Shown: piece by piece, positions 23,960 to 35,959 of the stretch
Layout: each line of letters opens with the position of its first letter
Position numbering within the stretch: position 1 is the stretch's first letter
NCBI RefSeq assembly: GCF_036971445.1
Contig: NC_091476.1
Span: 44,330,001 to 44,394,000, forward strand
Reading direction: 5' to 3'
From: Narcine bancroftii
Taxonomy: Eukaryota
DNA length: 64,000 nt
Notes under the pieces: model-generated
Told to the model about the DNA's origin: nothing
Databases searched by the model: none
The model's input: only the letters and a program-made list of their open reading frames with translations
Made by a program: the position numbers and the translations under genes

Positions 23960-26300
23960 TTTTAAAAAAAGTAGGTTAGGGGCCTAGTGCACAGGCACAT
24001 GTAGTTGGTCAGGCAGTAGAATTAAAAAAGGAAGGATAGCTTACCTTGCTGTTCAGTTGGTGAGGAGCCTTCAACCAGGAGAAACTGGTGACTGCTGTTA
24101 ATTGATTATTGTGAGAGGGATTAATTGGGTAATTGAAAAAAATTAGCAGGACCAATAAAAAGGAGGGCTTGCTAAAGGAGCAGCCTAGTGAACGAGTGGG
24201 ACTTTGAGGCTTTGGTTTGAGTGGCTTCGGCGAGCCTACTACAAAGAAAGGTAAGGATAGAGTGATTTAAGTGCTCTAATTACATATAGGTAATGGAGTC
24301 TGCCAAGGCAGTAGTGTGCTCTGGTTGTGGGAAATTTGGGACAATACACTTGTCCCTGATAACTACAACTGCAGGTGGTGCATTCAGCTACAACCTGACT
24401 TAAGGTACTGGAGCTATAGTTGAATGAACTGCACATCTTGGGGGAGAAAGAGCTAGCTGCAGACAGTAGCGTTGGGGAGGCAGTCACCCTTAAAATTTCA
24501 GGAGGCAGGTAGATGGGTGACTGTCAGGAGAGGGAAGGGAAAGACTCAGACAGTGCAGGATTCCCCTGTGGCCATTCAAGTGAACAACAGGTATACCCTT
24601 TTGGATACAATTGACGAAGATGAACATCCAGGGACAAGTCAAGGTGTTGATGTCTCAGGTACAGAGGCTGGCCCCCTGGCTCATAAGGGAAGGGGGAAGA
24701 AGAGAAGAACGATAGTGATTGGGGACTCTTTGATTAGGTGTGTGAATAGGGGTTTCTGTGGATGAGATCAAAGCTCCCGACATGTGTGTTGCCTCCCAGG
24801 TGCCAGGGTCAGGAACGTCTTTGATTGAGTTCACAGCATTCTGATGGAGGAGGGGGAGCAGACAGACATCATGGTCCATGTGGGGACTAATGACATTGAG
24901 AGGAGGAGGGATGAGGTCTTAAGAAAATACAGGGAGTTAGGTTGGATGTTAAGAAATAAGACCTCAAGGGTGGTGATCTCAGGAATGCTGCCAGTCCCAC
25001 GTGTTAGAGAGGGTAGAAATAGGAGGATGAATGCATGGCTCAAGAGTTGGGGCAGGGGTTCAGATTTGTGGATCATTGGAATCTCTTCTGGGGAAGGTCT
25101 GACCTCTACAAACAAGATGGGCTGCACCTGAACTAGAGGGAAAATAATATCCCGGCAGGCAGATTTGCTAGAGCTGTTGGGGAGGGTTTAAATAGTTTGG
25201 TAGGGGAGTGGGAATCAGAATTAAGGTAGGAAAAACCAGGATGTAATGTAGACAAAGTTGAAATCGGAAACCAGTCCAAATTGACGTGCAGCAAAAAAGA
25301 CAGACACAGGAAAAGACGAGATAATTTGGTGAACAATGGATCTGCAGAGACCGGTCTAAGGGGATTGTACTTTAATGTGCAGGAATAAGGGAGATGACCT
25401 AGTTGTGCAGATGCAAATGGAAAGGTAGGACATTGTGGCCATCTCCAAAACATGGCTGAATGATTGGGAACTGAATGTACAGGGTTACACCTTCTATACA
25501 AAATATTGGCAGGAAGGTAAAGGGTGGGGGGGGGGGGGGGGGTGGGGGATGGCCCTGATGGGAAAAAAATGCTATTAAATCACTTGAAAGAAGGGGCATA
25601 GGGACAAAAATCATTGAATCTTTATGGATTGAAGTAAGAAATTGGAAGAGTAAAAAGACCTTAGGCCTCCAAAAACAGCCAGGAAGTGGACTGCGTGATA
25701 CAGCTGGAAATAGAAAAAGCGTGTCAGAAGGAGAATGTCAAGATAATTATGGAAGATTTTTAATATAAGGGTGATTGGGAATGTCAGGAAGGTACAGGAT
25801 CTTGGGAGAAAAATTTTAAAGAATGCTTAAAGGATGGCTTTTTGGAACAAGTCGATCAGCCCATCAGAGGATTGGTGGTTTTGGATTGGGTGATGTGTAA
25901 TGAACCTGAAGTGATTCGGGATTTAAAGGTTGTGGCGCCCTTAATGTATGTATCTTGGTCAATGTGGTTTATGGTGTGAAAAATAAAAAAATTTTTTAAA
26001 AAAAGTAGAGATCACAACAGAAATAAATTTATTTATGCCTCCTTTAGTAAGCAAAATTTCTACTTCAGACTGTCAAGGTATCTTAAACTTTGACAATATT
26101 TATCAATTTAAAAGGCTTTAACTTCATAATAACAAAAAAGGTATTATTTGGAACATTTTTCTTTCATTCATTGAAGGATCTTCTTAAAAACATCAAAATT
26201 GAGAAGTCCCCGGGGCCAGACGCAATATACCCCAGGCTATGGTGGGAAGTGAGAGAAGAGGTAGCTGGGACAGTAGCTATGATCTTTGAAATGCTTTGAG
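23960..26300 (+). mobile_element. CR1 5' half: 5' UTR, ORF1 (zinc finger and SGNH esterase) and ORF2 endonuclease remnant
   Basis: VVCSGC, WVTVRRGK, VIGDSLIR, CLPGARV, VHVGTNDI, VVISGMLP and DGLHLN (GDSL/SGNH esterase), then DIVAISKTWL, IMEDF and KSPGPDAIYPRL. Confidence 0.85.
25943..26004 (+). mobile_element. About 60-bp 3' tip of the L1 family of 1783-7742
   Basis: aatgtatgtatcttggtcaatgtggtttatggtgtgaaaaataaaaaa is nearly identical to 7685-7742. Confidence 0.85.
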
Positions 26301-26324
26301 AAGCTAGTCATGGCCAGAATTAAT

Positions 26325-27368
26325 GTACCGAAGCAATTCGCCTAATGTCACAATTGCTCCATAGCAGATGCAATACCACTGGCTCTCCACTCAGCTCTGG
26401 ATCACCTTGAAAACAGCAATGCATATGGCTGCTCTTCATAGACTGCAGCTCAGCCTTTAATATCTTTATTCCCTCAGTGCTAGTCAAGAAGCTATAAATA
26501 CTAGTAGACTTCTTTACCCCACCTCTGCAACTGGATCCTTGACTTTTTCATCGGAACATCACAGTTAGTACGAATTGGAGACATCGTCTCCTCACTGATT
26601 ATCAACACAGGCGCACCCCAAGGATGCATGCTTAGCCCACTGCTCTACTCATTATGTACCCAAGACTGTGTGGCCAGGCACAATTTCAATGCTATCTACA
26701 AGTTTGCCAATGACACCACATTTGTTGGCAGAATCACAACGGCAACGAGAAAGAAAACAGGAGGGAGAAAGATCAGCTAGTTGATCAACGGCAGCAAAAC
26801 CAAGGAGGAAGTCAGGGGAACACAACCTAGTCCTCACAGAGGGCTCAGTAATGGAGACGGTCAAAAACTTCAAATACCTGGGTGTCAACATCTCCGAGGA
26901 TCTGTCCTGGAGCCTCCACATTGATGAAAAAGAAGGCTCGCCAGCAGCTATACTTTTTGAGGCGTCTGAGGAGATTTGGTATGTCACCTAAGACTCTTGT
27001 AATCTTCTACAGTTAAGGTATACTGTGGAGAGCATTCAGGCTGGTTGCCAGGTATGGAGGCACCAACTCTCAGGACGAATAAACTCCAGAGGGTTGTTAA
27101 CTCTGCCTGCGACATCACAAGCACCAGACTTCATTCCATTAAGGACATCTATATGAGATGGTGTCTTTTATATATTAAAAAAAAGCACCCTCTATCCTCA
27201 AAGACCCCTACCACACAGGCCATGCCCTCTTCACTCTGCTACCATCAGGGAAAAGGTACAGGAGTCTAAAGACGAGCACTCAGAGGCACAAGAACAGCTT
27301 CTTCTCTGCTGCCATCAGATTCCTGAATAATCAATGAACCATAAACACTGTCTTACTTTTCATGCACT
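26325..27368 (+). mobile_element. Rex1/Babar-like LINE 3' half
   Basis: [45 protein letters not shown] and KNSFFSAAIRFLN. Confidence 0.82.
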
Positions 27369-27650
27369 TGTTGCAGGTTGTGAGCGAGCACAGCGAAGAG
27401 ACTAAAACCAGGCTGTGAACTTGAGTATCACAACTGCTTTATTTTGAATTCCGCACTGCAATCTTTAGGTCCATCCTCTGTCCCACCCCTAACATCACGG
27501 CACTTGCGTCCCGATGACACAAGTGCATATGCGACCTTCTGATCTGGACTGGAAGAGATGGTCCCGCGATGGTATCCTTGCTGCAGCTGCCCGTGACAGG
27601 TGGAGCTGGTTTTCCATTGCAAGCGTGTGTCTTTGATTGAGTTCACAGCA
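27369..27650 (-). repeat. 3' LTR of the Gypsy element (about 282 bp)
   Basis: On the minus strand, polypurine tract G11AAAA (27651-27665) is followed immediately by TGCTGTGAAC...AATAAAAG...CTGCAACA, giving TG...CA ends. Confidence 0.8.
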
Positions 27651-29055
27651 TTTTCCCCCCCCCCCAAAAGAACTGGAACCAAAGGTCTCTGGATGTATAG
27701 AGGATGAGGTGTACTGTTTCAGCAGCCGACTTCTGTGCACTGGTGGAGGAACCTGTACTGGCTGAGATGGTTTTAACTGGTCCAGCGTGATTATGTCCCC
27801 AATGTCAAAGGTAAACGCCAAAGCTTTCCTGTGTAGCACCCTGTATGGACCTTTGTAAGGTCGCTGAAGGGAAGTCCTGTGCGTCCCCCTGCACACAAAC
27901 ACATCCTCACAGGAGGATGTCCAAGGGGAAAGTTGCAGGGCAGTGGACCATGTCGCCATGGTGGGGGTGCTGCCAGTTTGTCATGCAGCCTTTTGATGAC
28001 AACAGCGGTCTTGGAGTGTTGCTGGAGGGAGGAATTGGCCAGGTACTGTGATGGTCTCTCCGTAGACTAGTTTGGCAGAGGAGGCCCTGAAGTAGTCTTT
28101 CAGTGCTGTGCGAATTCCCAGGAGAACCCAAGGCAGTTCGTCCATCCAATTGGGCTTCTCGAGGCATGCCTTCGGCGCCAATTTGAGACGGCAGTGGAAG
28201 CACTCGACTATCCCATTAACTTGAGGGTGGTAAGCTGTGGTGCAATGCAGCTGGGTGCCCAGGAGTCCACAGGGTGGAGGTGAATTGTGCCCCCCCCCCC
28301 CCGTCAGTTGTAACGTCTGCCAGAACACCAAAGAGGGAGACCCAGGTGTCGAGGAAAGCTCTGGTGCATGTCTCTGTGGTGGTGTCCGGAATAGGAATGG
28401 ACTATAGACAGCGAGTGAAACTGTCCACCACCGTGAGTAGGTAGTGTGACCCCCCCGGGAGACTGGCGGGGGTCCAACTATGTTAAAATGGGCATGATGG
28501 AACCTGCAGGTCAGGGCATTGAACTTTGGGAGTTGGTGCTTTGCTGTGCTGCTAAACTTTGGCCATCTGGCAGTTGGCATGTTTTTGCCCACTCCGTGAC
28601 TTGTTTATGCAGGCCGTGCCAAACAAATTTTGCGGACACCAGTGACGCTGTTGTGCGAATTGAGGGGGGCAACAAACTCTGGATTATGTCAAAAACTGTT
28701 CTCCTCCATTGGGCAGGGATGGGAGGTCTGGGCTGGCCAGTGAAAACGTCGTAGAGGAGCAGAGTGCCATCGGCGTTAACTGGGAGGTCTTGGAACTGCA
28801 ACCCCATGATTGCAATTCTGAAGCTGAGTGTCTTGGGGTTGTCTTGTTGCACCCGAGCCAGATCATGGTAGTCTGTCCTGTGATACAGCATTGACTGCCG
28901 GCCTAGAAAGTGCGTCTGTGACCACATTGTGCTTTCTTGATAAATGTCGATAGCAGTGGTGAATTCAGAGACATAGGATAAGTGTCTCTGTTGTTGTGTA
29001 GACTATGGGTTGCAGGACTTTGAGAAGGCAAAAGTAAGCAGGTTGTGATCAGTGT
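27369..29055 (-). mobile_element. Ty3/Gypsy LTR retrotransposon 3' fragment (RNase H end, integrase, PPT, 3' LTR)
   Basis: SAKFVWHGLHKQVTEWAKTC (integrase Zn region), TTAYHPQVNGIVECFH, WMDELPWVLLGIRTA and PYKGPYRV (GPY/F). Frameshifted. Confidence 0.9.
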
Positions 29056-29059
29056 AGAT

Positions 29060-29835
29060 AGTGAATGGATCTGAATAAGTGTGAGGTGATGCGTTTTGGA
29101 AGGACATACCAGAAGTCTGAGTACAAGGTTAATGGTTGGTCACTTAAGAGTGTGAAAGAACAGAGGAAACTTGGGGTTCAAATCCATGCATCCCTCAAGG
29201 TTGCCGCACAGGTTGATATGATAATTAAGAAGGCCTATGAGATGCTGGGATTCATTAATAGGGGGATTGAATTCAAGAGTAGACGGGTCATGTTGCAACT
29301 CTACAAATCTCTGGTGAGATACACTTAAGAATATTGTGTTCAGTTTTGGTCACCTCATTATAGGAAGGATGTGGAAGCTGTGGAGAGGGTGCAGAGGAGA
29401 TTTACCATAATGTTTCCTGGATTGGGGAAACCAGTCTTATGGGGCAAGATTAGAAGAGCTGGGACTTTTCTCTTTAGAGCTTAGAAGGATGAGAGGAGAT
29501 TGATAGAGGTCTACGAGATTGAGATGCGTAGATAGGGTGGACAGCCAGCACCTGTTTCCCTGGGGAAGCAGGACCAGCAAACAACAGAGGGCAAGTACAA
29601 AGTTAAGGGAGGGGAATTTAGGGGAGACATCAGGGGTATGTTTTTTTTTACACAATGTGGGTGCCTGGAAACCCTTGCCATGGATGGTGGTGGTGGAGGG
29701 AATATCTAAGAGAGTCTTACACTGACACATGGATGAAAGCAAAACAGGGTTATGGGGTAGGGAGGGTTTAGTTCTCTTTTAGGAAGGAATATATAGGTCA
29801 GTATATTGATGATTGAAGGGCCTGTGCTGTGTTAT
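29060..29835 (+). mobile_element. CR1 3' fragment abutting the truncated Gypsy
   Basis: KCEVMRFGR, LGVQIHASLKVAAQVD, MLQLYKSLVR, YCVQFWSP and tail gaagggcctgtgctgtg. Confidence 0.88.
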
Positions 29836-30100
29836 GTTTTCATGCTATATAGCTCTATGGCTATATACCTCCTGTCAGGATTACCATTGACAGAATAATC
29901 AGTTTACATGTCAAGTTTGTGTGTGTCTGTCTCTTTCTTCGCGCTCTCGTGCTCTCTTCCCGCACCCCAACTTCCACATGGATGCTTACTGAGTGTTTCC
30001 AGATTTCTTTTGCTTATGTATATGCTATGAATAACTAATAGCTGCTTTCTGCAATGGGTAGCAATTGTAGAAGAGTCTAATGGAAAAATGAAAACAGTAT

Positions 30101-30449
30101 ATATTTTTAAAAATATTTTATTTTTCACACTATGAACCATATTAATCAAAATACACACAAACATTTCCCTCTTGAATATACACAGTTTCATTTTCTCCCC
30201 TTTTTCCCCCCTCCCTCCTTCCCACTCCCCTCCAAACCCACTAAACGTTCAACATATTCAATAAACCCATTAAAACAATGTCATCACACAATGAAAATAA
30301 ACAAGAAAATTGTGTCATCTCCTTTTACACACTGGATCAAGTCATTTTGTCTTCTTCTCATTCTGTCATTTTAGAGGATGGAGGTCCGCGGTTGGCCCTC
30401 TGTTGTGCTCCATGTACGGTTCACAAATTTGTTCGAATACTGTGACATT
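30101..30449 (-). mobile_element. 5'-truncated L1 3' end, related subfamily
   Basis: Reverse complement resembles 7405-7742. 13-bp TSD ATGAAAACAGTAT at 30088-30100 and 30450-30462. Confidence 0.88.
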
Positions 30450-30583
30450 ATGAAAACAGTATTATAACTATAACAGCAGAGATTTTTCTTAATATTTGCC
30501 AAATAAGAATTTTTGTTTTGATTGGTACAGTTAATTTTTACAAATCAAAATGTTGACAGTTCTTTTTTCCCCCCTATGGCAAG

Positions 30584-30850
30584 ACTCCAAGATCAAGCTG
30601 CAGAAACTATTGAAGCCTTGCACTCTGCAGGTATGAAAGTTTGGGTGCTCACAGGAGACAAGATGGAAACAGCAATGGCCACGTGTTTTGCCTGCAGGCT
30701 TTTTAATTCCAATATGAAGCTTTTAGAGCTGACAATCAAATACATTGAGGAGTATAGAACAGAAGGTGCAGAGAAAGTTCATGAACTATTGCTGGAACTC
30801 CACAAAGCGGTCGTCCAAGATAAAAGATGTTCTTCTGCAAGCCTTTTAAG
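30584..30850 (+). CDS. ATP11C: ATP11C exon (P domain, TGD motif)
   Basis: gcaag|A ... AG|gtatga. [30 protein letters not shown]...VHELLLE. 267 nt. Confidence 0.95.
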
Positions 30851-31469
30851 GTATGACTTTTTAAATTCTTGCCTGATAGAAAGTTGAGGATTCAATCCTT
30901 AGGAGACTTTAATGCAGAGAAAAAGCAGTATTGAGGAAATATTGTACTGAGTGAGACCTCCAGATGAAGTAAAATAGAATTTCAAGGTAGTGTCCTCTTG
31001 TGGATGATGTCCATGCAGCCATTTTTCTCTATTTATCTCGCCAGTCTTTCAAAAGCTTGAATCATCTGTTGTGATTTTTTTTAATGAGATCATATTGTAA
31101 TTTAACTCATATATTCACTGCTAATTCACTATTGGTGGCTTTGCTTCTGCTGCCTTGATTTTCAGTTGAATTATTGTTTTGTGTACAGAGATGCAATGAA
31201 AAACTTTGTCATGCAGGCAAGTAACATGTTGAGCAAGATAGTACAGAATATAGAGCTGGAGAGGAAATGTAGGTGAAGTACAAGAGCGATGATAAGGTTG
31301 GTTTGTGATATTGGAGCGATCATCTTTAATATATAATCAATATTTTAGAAGCTGTTCCTTGGACAAAGTGGTATGCATTTTCAAGCTCTTGTATTTTCCG
31401 TCTGACAAGAAATAGGAGAAAAGAGTTTGGCTCGGGTGGTCATGGAGCCACCTTAATTCTCTCTCTCTA

Positions 31470-32120
31470 ATCAAAGGTGCAACAGGCAATCAAGAAAGCA
31501 AATGGAGTGTTAGCCTTCATTGGTAGAGTGATTGAATTTAAGAACAAGGAGGTTCCACTGCAACTGCAGGGTACTGGTGAGGCAGCACGTGGAACACTGC
31601 ATGCAGTTCTGGTCTCCTTGCTTTAGAGGCAACACAGAGGAGGTTCACCAAGTTGATTCAAAGGGTTAATCTATAAAGAAAGATTGAGTTGCTTGGGAAT
31701 TCAGAAGAATAATAGAATTTTCTGGAACAATACAAAATTATGAAAGCAATAGGCAGGAAAGTTGTTTCCACTGATAGGTGAGACTAGAACTTGGGCCATA
31801 CCCTCAGGATTTGGGGAAGTAGATTTAGGGCAGAGATGAAGAGGAACTGATTCTTCTGCACGCCCACCCTGCCCCCACCCCCGAGAATAGAGAAACTGGA
31901 ATTCTCTGCTCAGATACAGAAGAGGTTGCCTCATTAATGCTATTGAAATTTGATGGATTTAATGTAAGGTAGGGGAATTGAAGATCGGGGTGGGTGTGTG
32001 GGGTGGTGGTGGTGGAGAAAGTAGGTAGGTGGAACTGAGTCCAGAGCCATGATCTTTTTAAATGAAGGAACAGGCTTCACAGACCAGATGGCCGCCTTCT
32101 ACAGCTATGATTTGTGTTCT
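31470..32120 (+). mobile_element. CR1 3' fragment
   Basis: caggcaatcaagaaagcaaatggagtgttagccttcatt..., cagttctggtctcctt; same family as 9460-10100. Confidence 0.8.
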
Positions 32121-32177
32121 TACTTCTGACAAAACGTTTGGTTACTTGCCCAAAATAGTTTTGTAATTCAATTTTGA

Positions 32178-32420
32178 ATTTAAATTTTTTTAATTTAGAC
32201 CTACAGCATGGCCACAGACCATGTCAGCCCACAAGCCAGTTCTGCCCAATTTATACTCAATTAACCCAGAAGGTGTTGAATGACGGGAGGAAACTGGAAC
32301 CCCTGGGGAAAGCCCATGCAGACACGGGGAGAACATACCAACTACTTATAGACCACGTGGGATTCGAACTCTGGCGCTGTAAAGGTGTTGTGCTAGCTGC
32401 TGCACCAACTGTGCCGCTCT
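32178..32420 (-). mobile_element. V-SINE copy
   Basis: gggaggaaactggaac...cccatgcagacacggggagaacatac is the reverse V-domain; tRNA-like head ggattcgaactc. Confidence 0.8.
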
Positions 32421-32619
32421 AAGCAGTGAATACTTAAAACATGAGATATTTAGAATATTGATAACTATAGTGATTGCCAGTTCATAGGCTCATGTAAATG
32501 TTGTCTCTTTGCTGCAGGTGCATTGGCAGAAAGCGTGAAATGCATCAAAAATGAAATAAATACTAAGACTACAGAGTTAAATGAGTCTGTAGATGTTATA
32601 GTCGTGTGCTGTGCACAGA

Positions 32620-33090
32620 TCAAAGACTGCAGATGCTGGAATCGTGAGCAAAAAAATTGCTCTTAATAAATTTATTAGTTTTGATTTAAAGGGACCTGAC
32701 CCGAAATGTTGACTGACCACTTCTACCGATGGATACTGTCTGACCAGCTGAGAGAGAACATAGTGTGACAAAGGGCCTGTACTGTAATGCTCTATGTTGT
32801 GCTGACCTATGTAAACCTACTCCACAATAATCTAATCCTTCCCTCCTTCCCACCTCATTCTTTCCCCATGTGCCTATCTAAGAGTCTTTTAAATCTGCTT
32901 ATCCATCTATTATCTCTTACCTGTTAGCCTGTACTTCTCTCCTTACCCTTTCTCCCTCCACTCCTCTGTCCCACTTCGCCCAACTTTTTATTCTGGTGTC
33001 TACCTGTTTTTTTTTGTTGTTCCTGATGAAGATCTCAGGCCTGAAATGCTGGTTACCTGCTGAGTTCCTCCAGAACATTTGTATATTGCA
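32620..33090. mobile_element. Cluster of Penelope-derived tails and a CR1 tip; contains a hammerhead-like core at 33023-33046
   Basis: ctgcagatgctggaatc, gacccgaaatgttgac and cctgatgaagatctcaggcctgaaatg...cctgctgagttcctccag. Confidence 0.65.
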
Positions 33091-33339
33091 CTGTTTATTT
33101 TAAATTTAATTTTTTTTTAAATCTAGACACGGTAACAGACCATGCCACCCAATTAACCAACACCCCCAGTACACTTTGAACAGTGAGAGGAAACTGGAGC
33201 TCAAGGAAAAAAACTCTGTGTTTATATTTAAAAAAACAAAATTCCCTGTTGTCTCCCCTAAACTTTCTCCCACTCATCTTTAAGTTTGCTGTTGTCACCT
33301 CAGGAAAATGTATATGTACAGTCAGACGATAAACTTGAA

Positions 33340-35640
33340 CTTGGTCCTGAAGCCCCTCATAATGTATTTGTCCAAGTCACCTATTATCTCTTGTTGCTTG
33401 AAATAGAAAAGCCCCTGAGCTCTGTGTGCCTTGTTTAAAAAGCCATGTTCTCCAATACTTCAATATCCTGGTAAATCTGCTCTGTGCCCATTCTAAAGTA
33501 TCTACATCATTCTTGTAATGCAGCAACCAGAACTGAAGTCAATACTCCAAGTGTGTTCTAACCAGAGTTTTCTAAAACTACAACATTATGCCACAGCTCT
33601 TGAACTCACTCCCTCAACTAATGAAGGCAAGCACCTGAAACACCCTATCAACTTGCATGGCAACCTTAAAGGATCTGGATCTCAAGATCTCTGTTAAGAA
33701 TCTTGCCATTAACCATGGACTCCACCTTCAAGTTCAACTATCCAAAGTTCATTAATTCACACTTATCCAGAATTAACCCCATCTGTCACTTTTCTCCCTA
33801 ACTGCATCCTGTCTATATCCTGTTGTAATCTACCTCCTACTCTATACACACCTTCAACCTTTATATCAGCTGAAAACTTGCTGACCCAACACTCCACATC
33901 ATCCAAGTCGGTTATAAAAATCACAAAGAGCAGTGGTCCCAGAACAGATCCCTGTGGAATGATACTAGTCACTGAATATGCTCCTAGCCTCTGCATGCAA
34001 ACCAATTCTGAATTCCTTGGGACTTTCAGGATGAGCCTATTNNNNNNNNNNNNNNNNNNNNNNNNNNNNNNNNNNNNNNNNNNNNNNNNNNNNNNNNNNN
34101 NNNNNNNNNNNNNNNNNNNNNNNNNNNNNNNNNNNNNNNNNNNNNNNNNNNNNNNNNNNNNNNNNNNNNNNNNNNNNNNNNNNNNNNNNNNNNNNNNNNN
34201 NNNNNNNNNNNNNNNNNNNNNNNNNNNNNNCCACTTACTCCTTCTTGCCTTCATTAATTTCTTTTGTCACTTTCTTCAAAAACTCATTCTCATGAGGTAT
34301 GACTTGCCCTCAAAAGGCCATGCTGTATCCAAGGAGACTATGCATCTCTCTTTGTAAATCTTGTCCCTAAGATGCCTCACCACTAGTCCCTTCCTTTGCT
34401 TCCTGAAGAAAATTAGTGTATATCCATCTGATTCTGCAGACTTACCTGTCCAGATATTTTTTTTAGAAGATCCCCAGTACTTATTTCTTAACCTCAACAT
34501 TCTCCAGCACATTAGCCTGTTCTATGCTGATCTCATATTGACCAAGGTCCCTCTCCCTAGTGAACAGTGAAGCAAAGTCTTCTATTGGACCTCCTCTGCT
34601 CCATGAATATATTCTTCCTTCCCCCAACCCTCATCCCTAATTGGTCCAAACATTGCTCTAGTCTTCCTTCTTCACATGTGTAGAATGCCATAAGGTTTTC
34701 CTTAATCCTCCTTACCAGGGTCTTCTCATGCTCCTTTCTAGTTCTCCTCTAGTCCTTCCTTAAGTTCCTTCCTAGCAACTGTATAATACTTGTGAGCCTT
34801 TGTTTCCTCAACCTTGTGTATGCTTCCTCCTGACCATTGGTCCCTCCTCTTTTGTCAATGACAGCTCCTTTATCCAACTTTCCATCTCACTGGGACAAAC
34901 CTATTCAAAACACCATGTATGTTCTCCCTAAACACCTTCCACATTTTGGCATGTTTCCCTTAGAACATGTTTCCAATTTTCTCTCCTCAGTTTCTGTCTT
35001 ATCCCATTGTAACGATCCCTTCCCCAACTAAACACTTTCCCACTTTGTCTGCTCCTATCCTTGTCCCTAACTATGCTAAAGTTCAGGTTGTGGACACTGT
35101 CTCAGAAATGTTCACCTCCTGAGAGGTTTGTCACCTGACCAGGTTCATTGTCCAGTGCTAATTCCAGAATGGCCTCTCTTCGAGTCGGATTGTCAAGATA
35201 CCAGTGTTCTTTCAGGAATCATTGGACACCGGACAAATTTTTCCCCATCTGATCCAATTGTACTGAGGAGGTGCCAATGTTAGAAGTTGAAGATCCCCCA
35301 TAACAGCAATCCTGCTACTTATCTGCTCCTCAGTGTCCCGGCGGCTGTTTGAGGCTCTTTAGAATAATCCCAGTAGAATGATTGCTCCCTTCCTGTTTCT
35401 CACTTCAACCCACAAAGGCTCAGAAGACAATCCCTCTGTTGTGCACCTGTTAGATTATCCCTAATTAGCACTGCCATACCCCACCTTTAACCTCTATTCC
35501 TTTTGATCTCTCTAAACCTCGAACTTGCATCAGCCAATCCTTTCCTTATGTCCACCAAACCTCTGCAATGGCCACGACAATCTAATTCCATGTTTTGATC
35601 CATGCTCTGTTTATCTCCCTCATTCCTAATTACTTGTATT
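33340..35640 (-). mobile_element. CR1 LINE remnant spanning the assembly gap
   Basis: Minus strand IPQGSVLGPLLFVIFITDLD...VSKFSAD...LQQDIDR; RT and endonuclease-like sequence continues to the right of the gap. Confidence 0.8.
34042..34230. other. Assembly gap (189 N)
   Basis: Run of n characters. Confidence 1.
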
Positions 35641-35787
35641 AAAGTCCACACCTTTCAAGTAACTACATTTCTCCAGCAATTCTTTGTATGTTGATCATTC
35701 GAATCTGCTCATTATCAATGATGCTCTTGGATGTGGAGGAGATCTTTTAGAATTGTGCTGTTCATCACATTTTAAATTCTGTTCTAG

Positions 35788-35959
35788 AAGTTGGTCTGTT
35801 ACGCAGGAATATGGCTTGATCATAGATGGTGCAGCTCTGTCATTAATACTAAAACCAACCCAGGATGGCACAAGTAACTACAAAAACCTGCTGCTACAAA
35901 TATGCAAGAGGTGCACTGCTGTCTTGTGCTGCCGCATGGCCCCACTGCAGAAAGCCCAG
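35788..35959 (+). CDS. ATP11C: ATP11C exon ([11 protein letters not shown])
   Basis: ttctag|A ... CAG|gtatac. [21 protein letters not shown]...[16 protein letters not shown]. 172 nt. Confidence 0.95.

Noticed and set aside
24293-25230. Independent host GDSL/SGNH esterase gene
   Set aside because: It has stops and frameshifts, no introns, and is followed by APE endonuclease sequence; this is the normal CR1 ORF1.
27650-29055. Domesticated integrase or endogenous virus gene
   Set aside because: Multiple frameshifts, no env-like ORF and standard Gypsy architecture.
33763-34357. ORFs spanning the N run
   Set aside because: Artefacts of translating through an assembly gap within a CR1 remnant. 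Exon phases on either side (30850 to 35788) already match, so no exon is missing.
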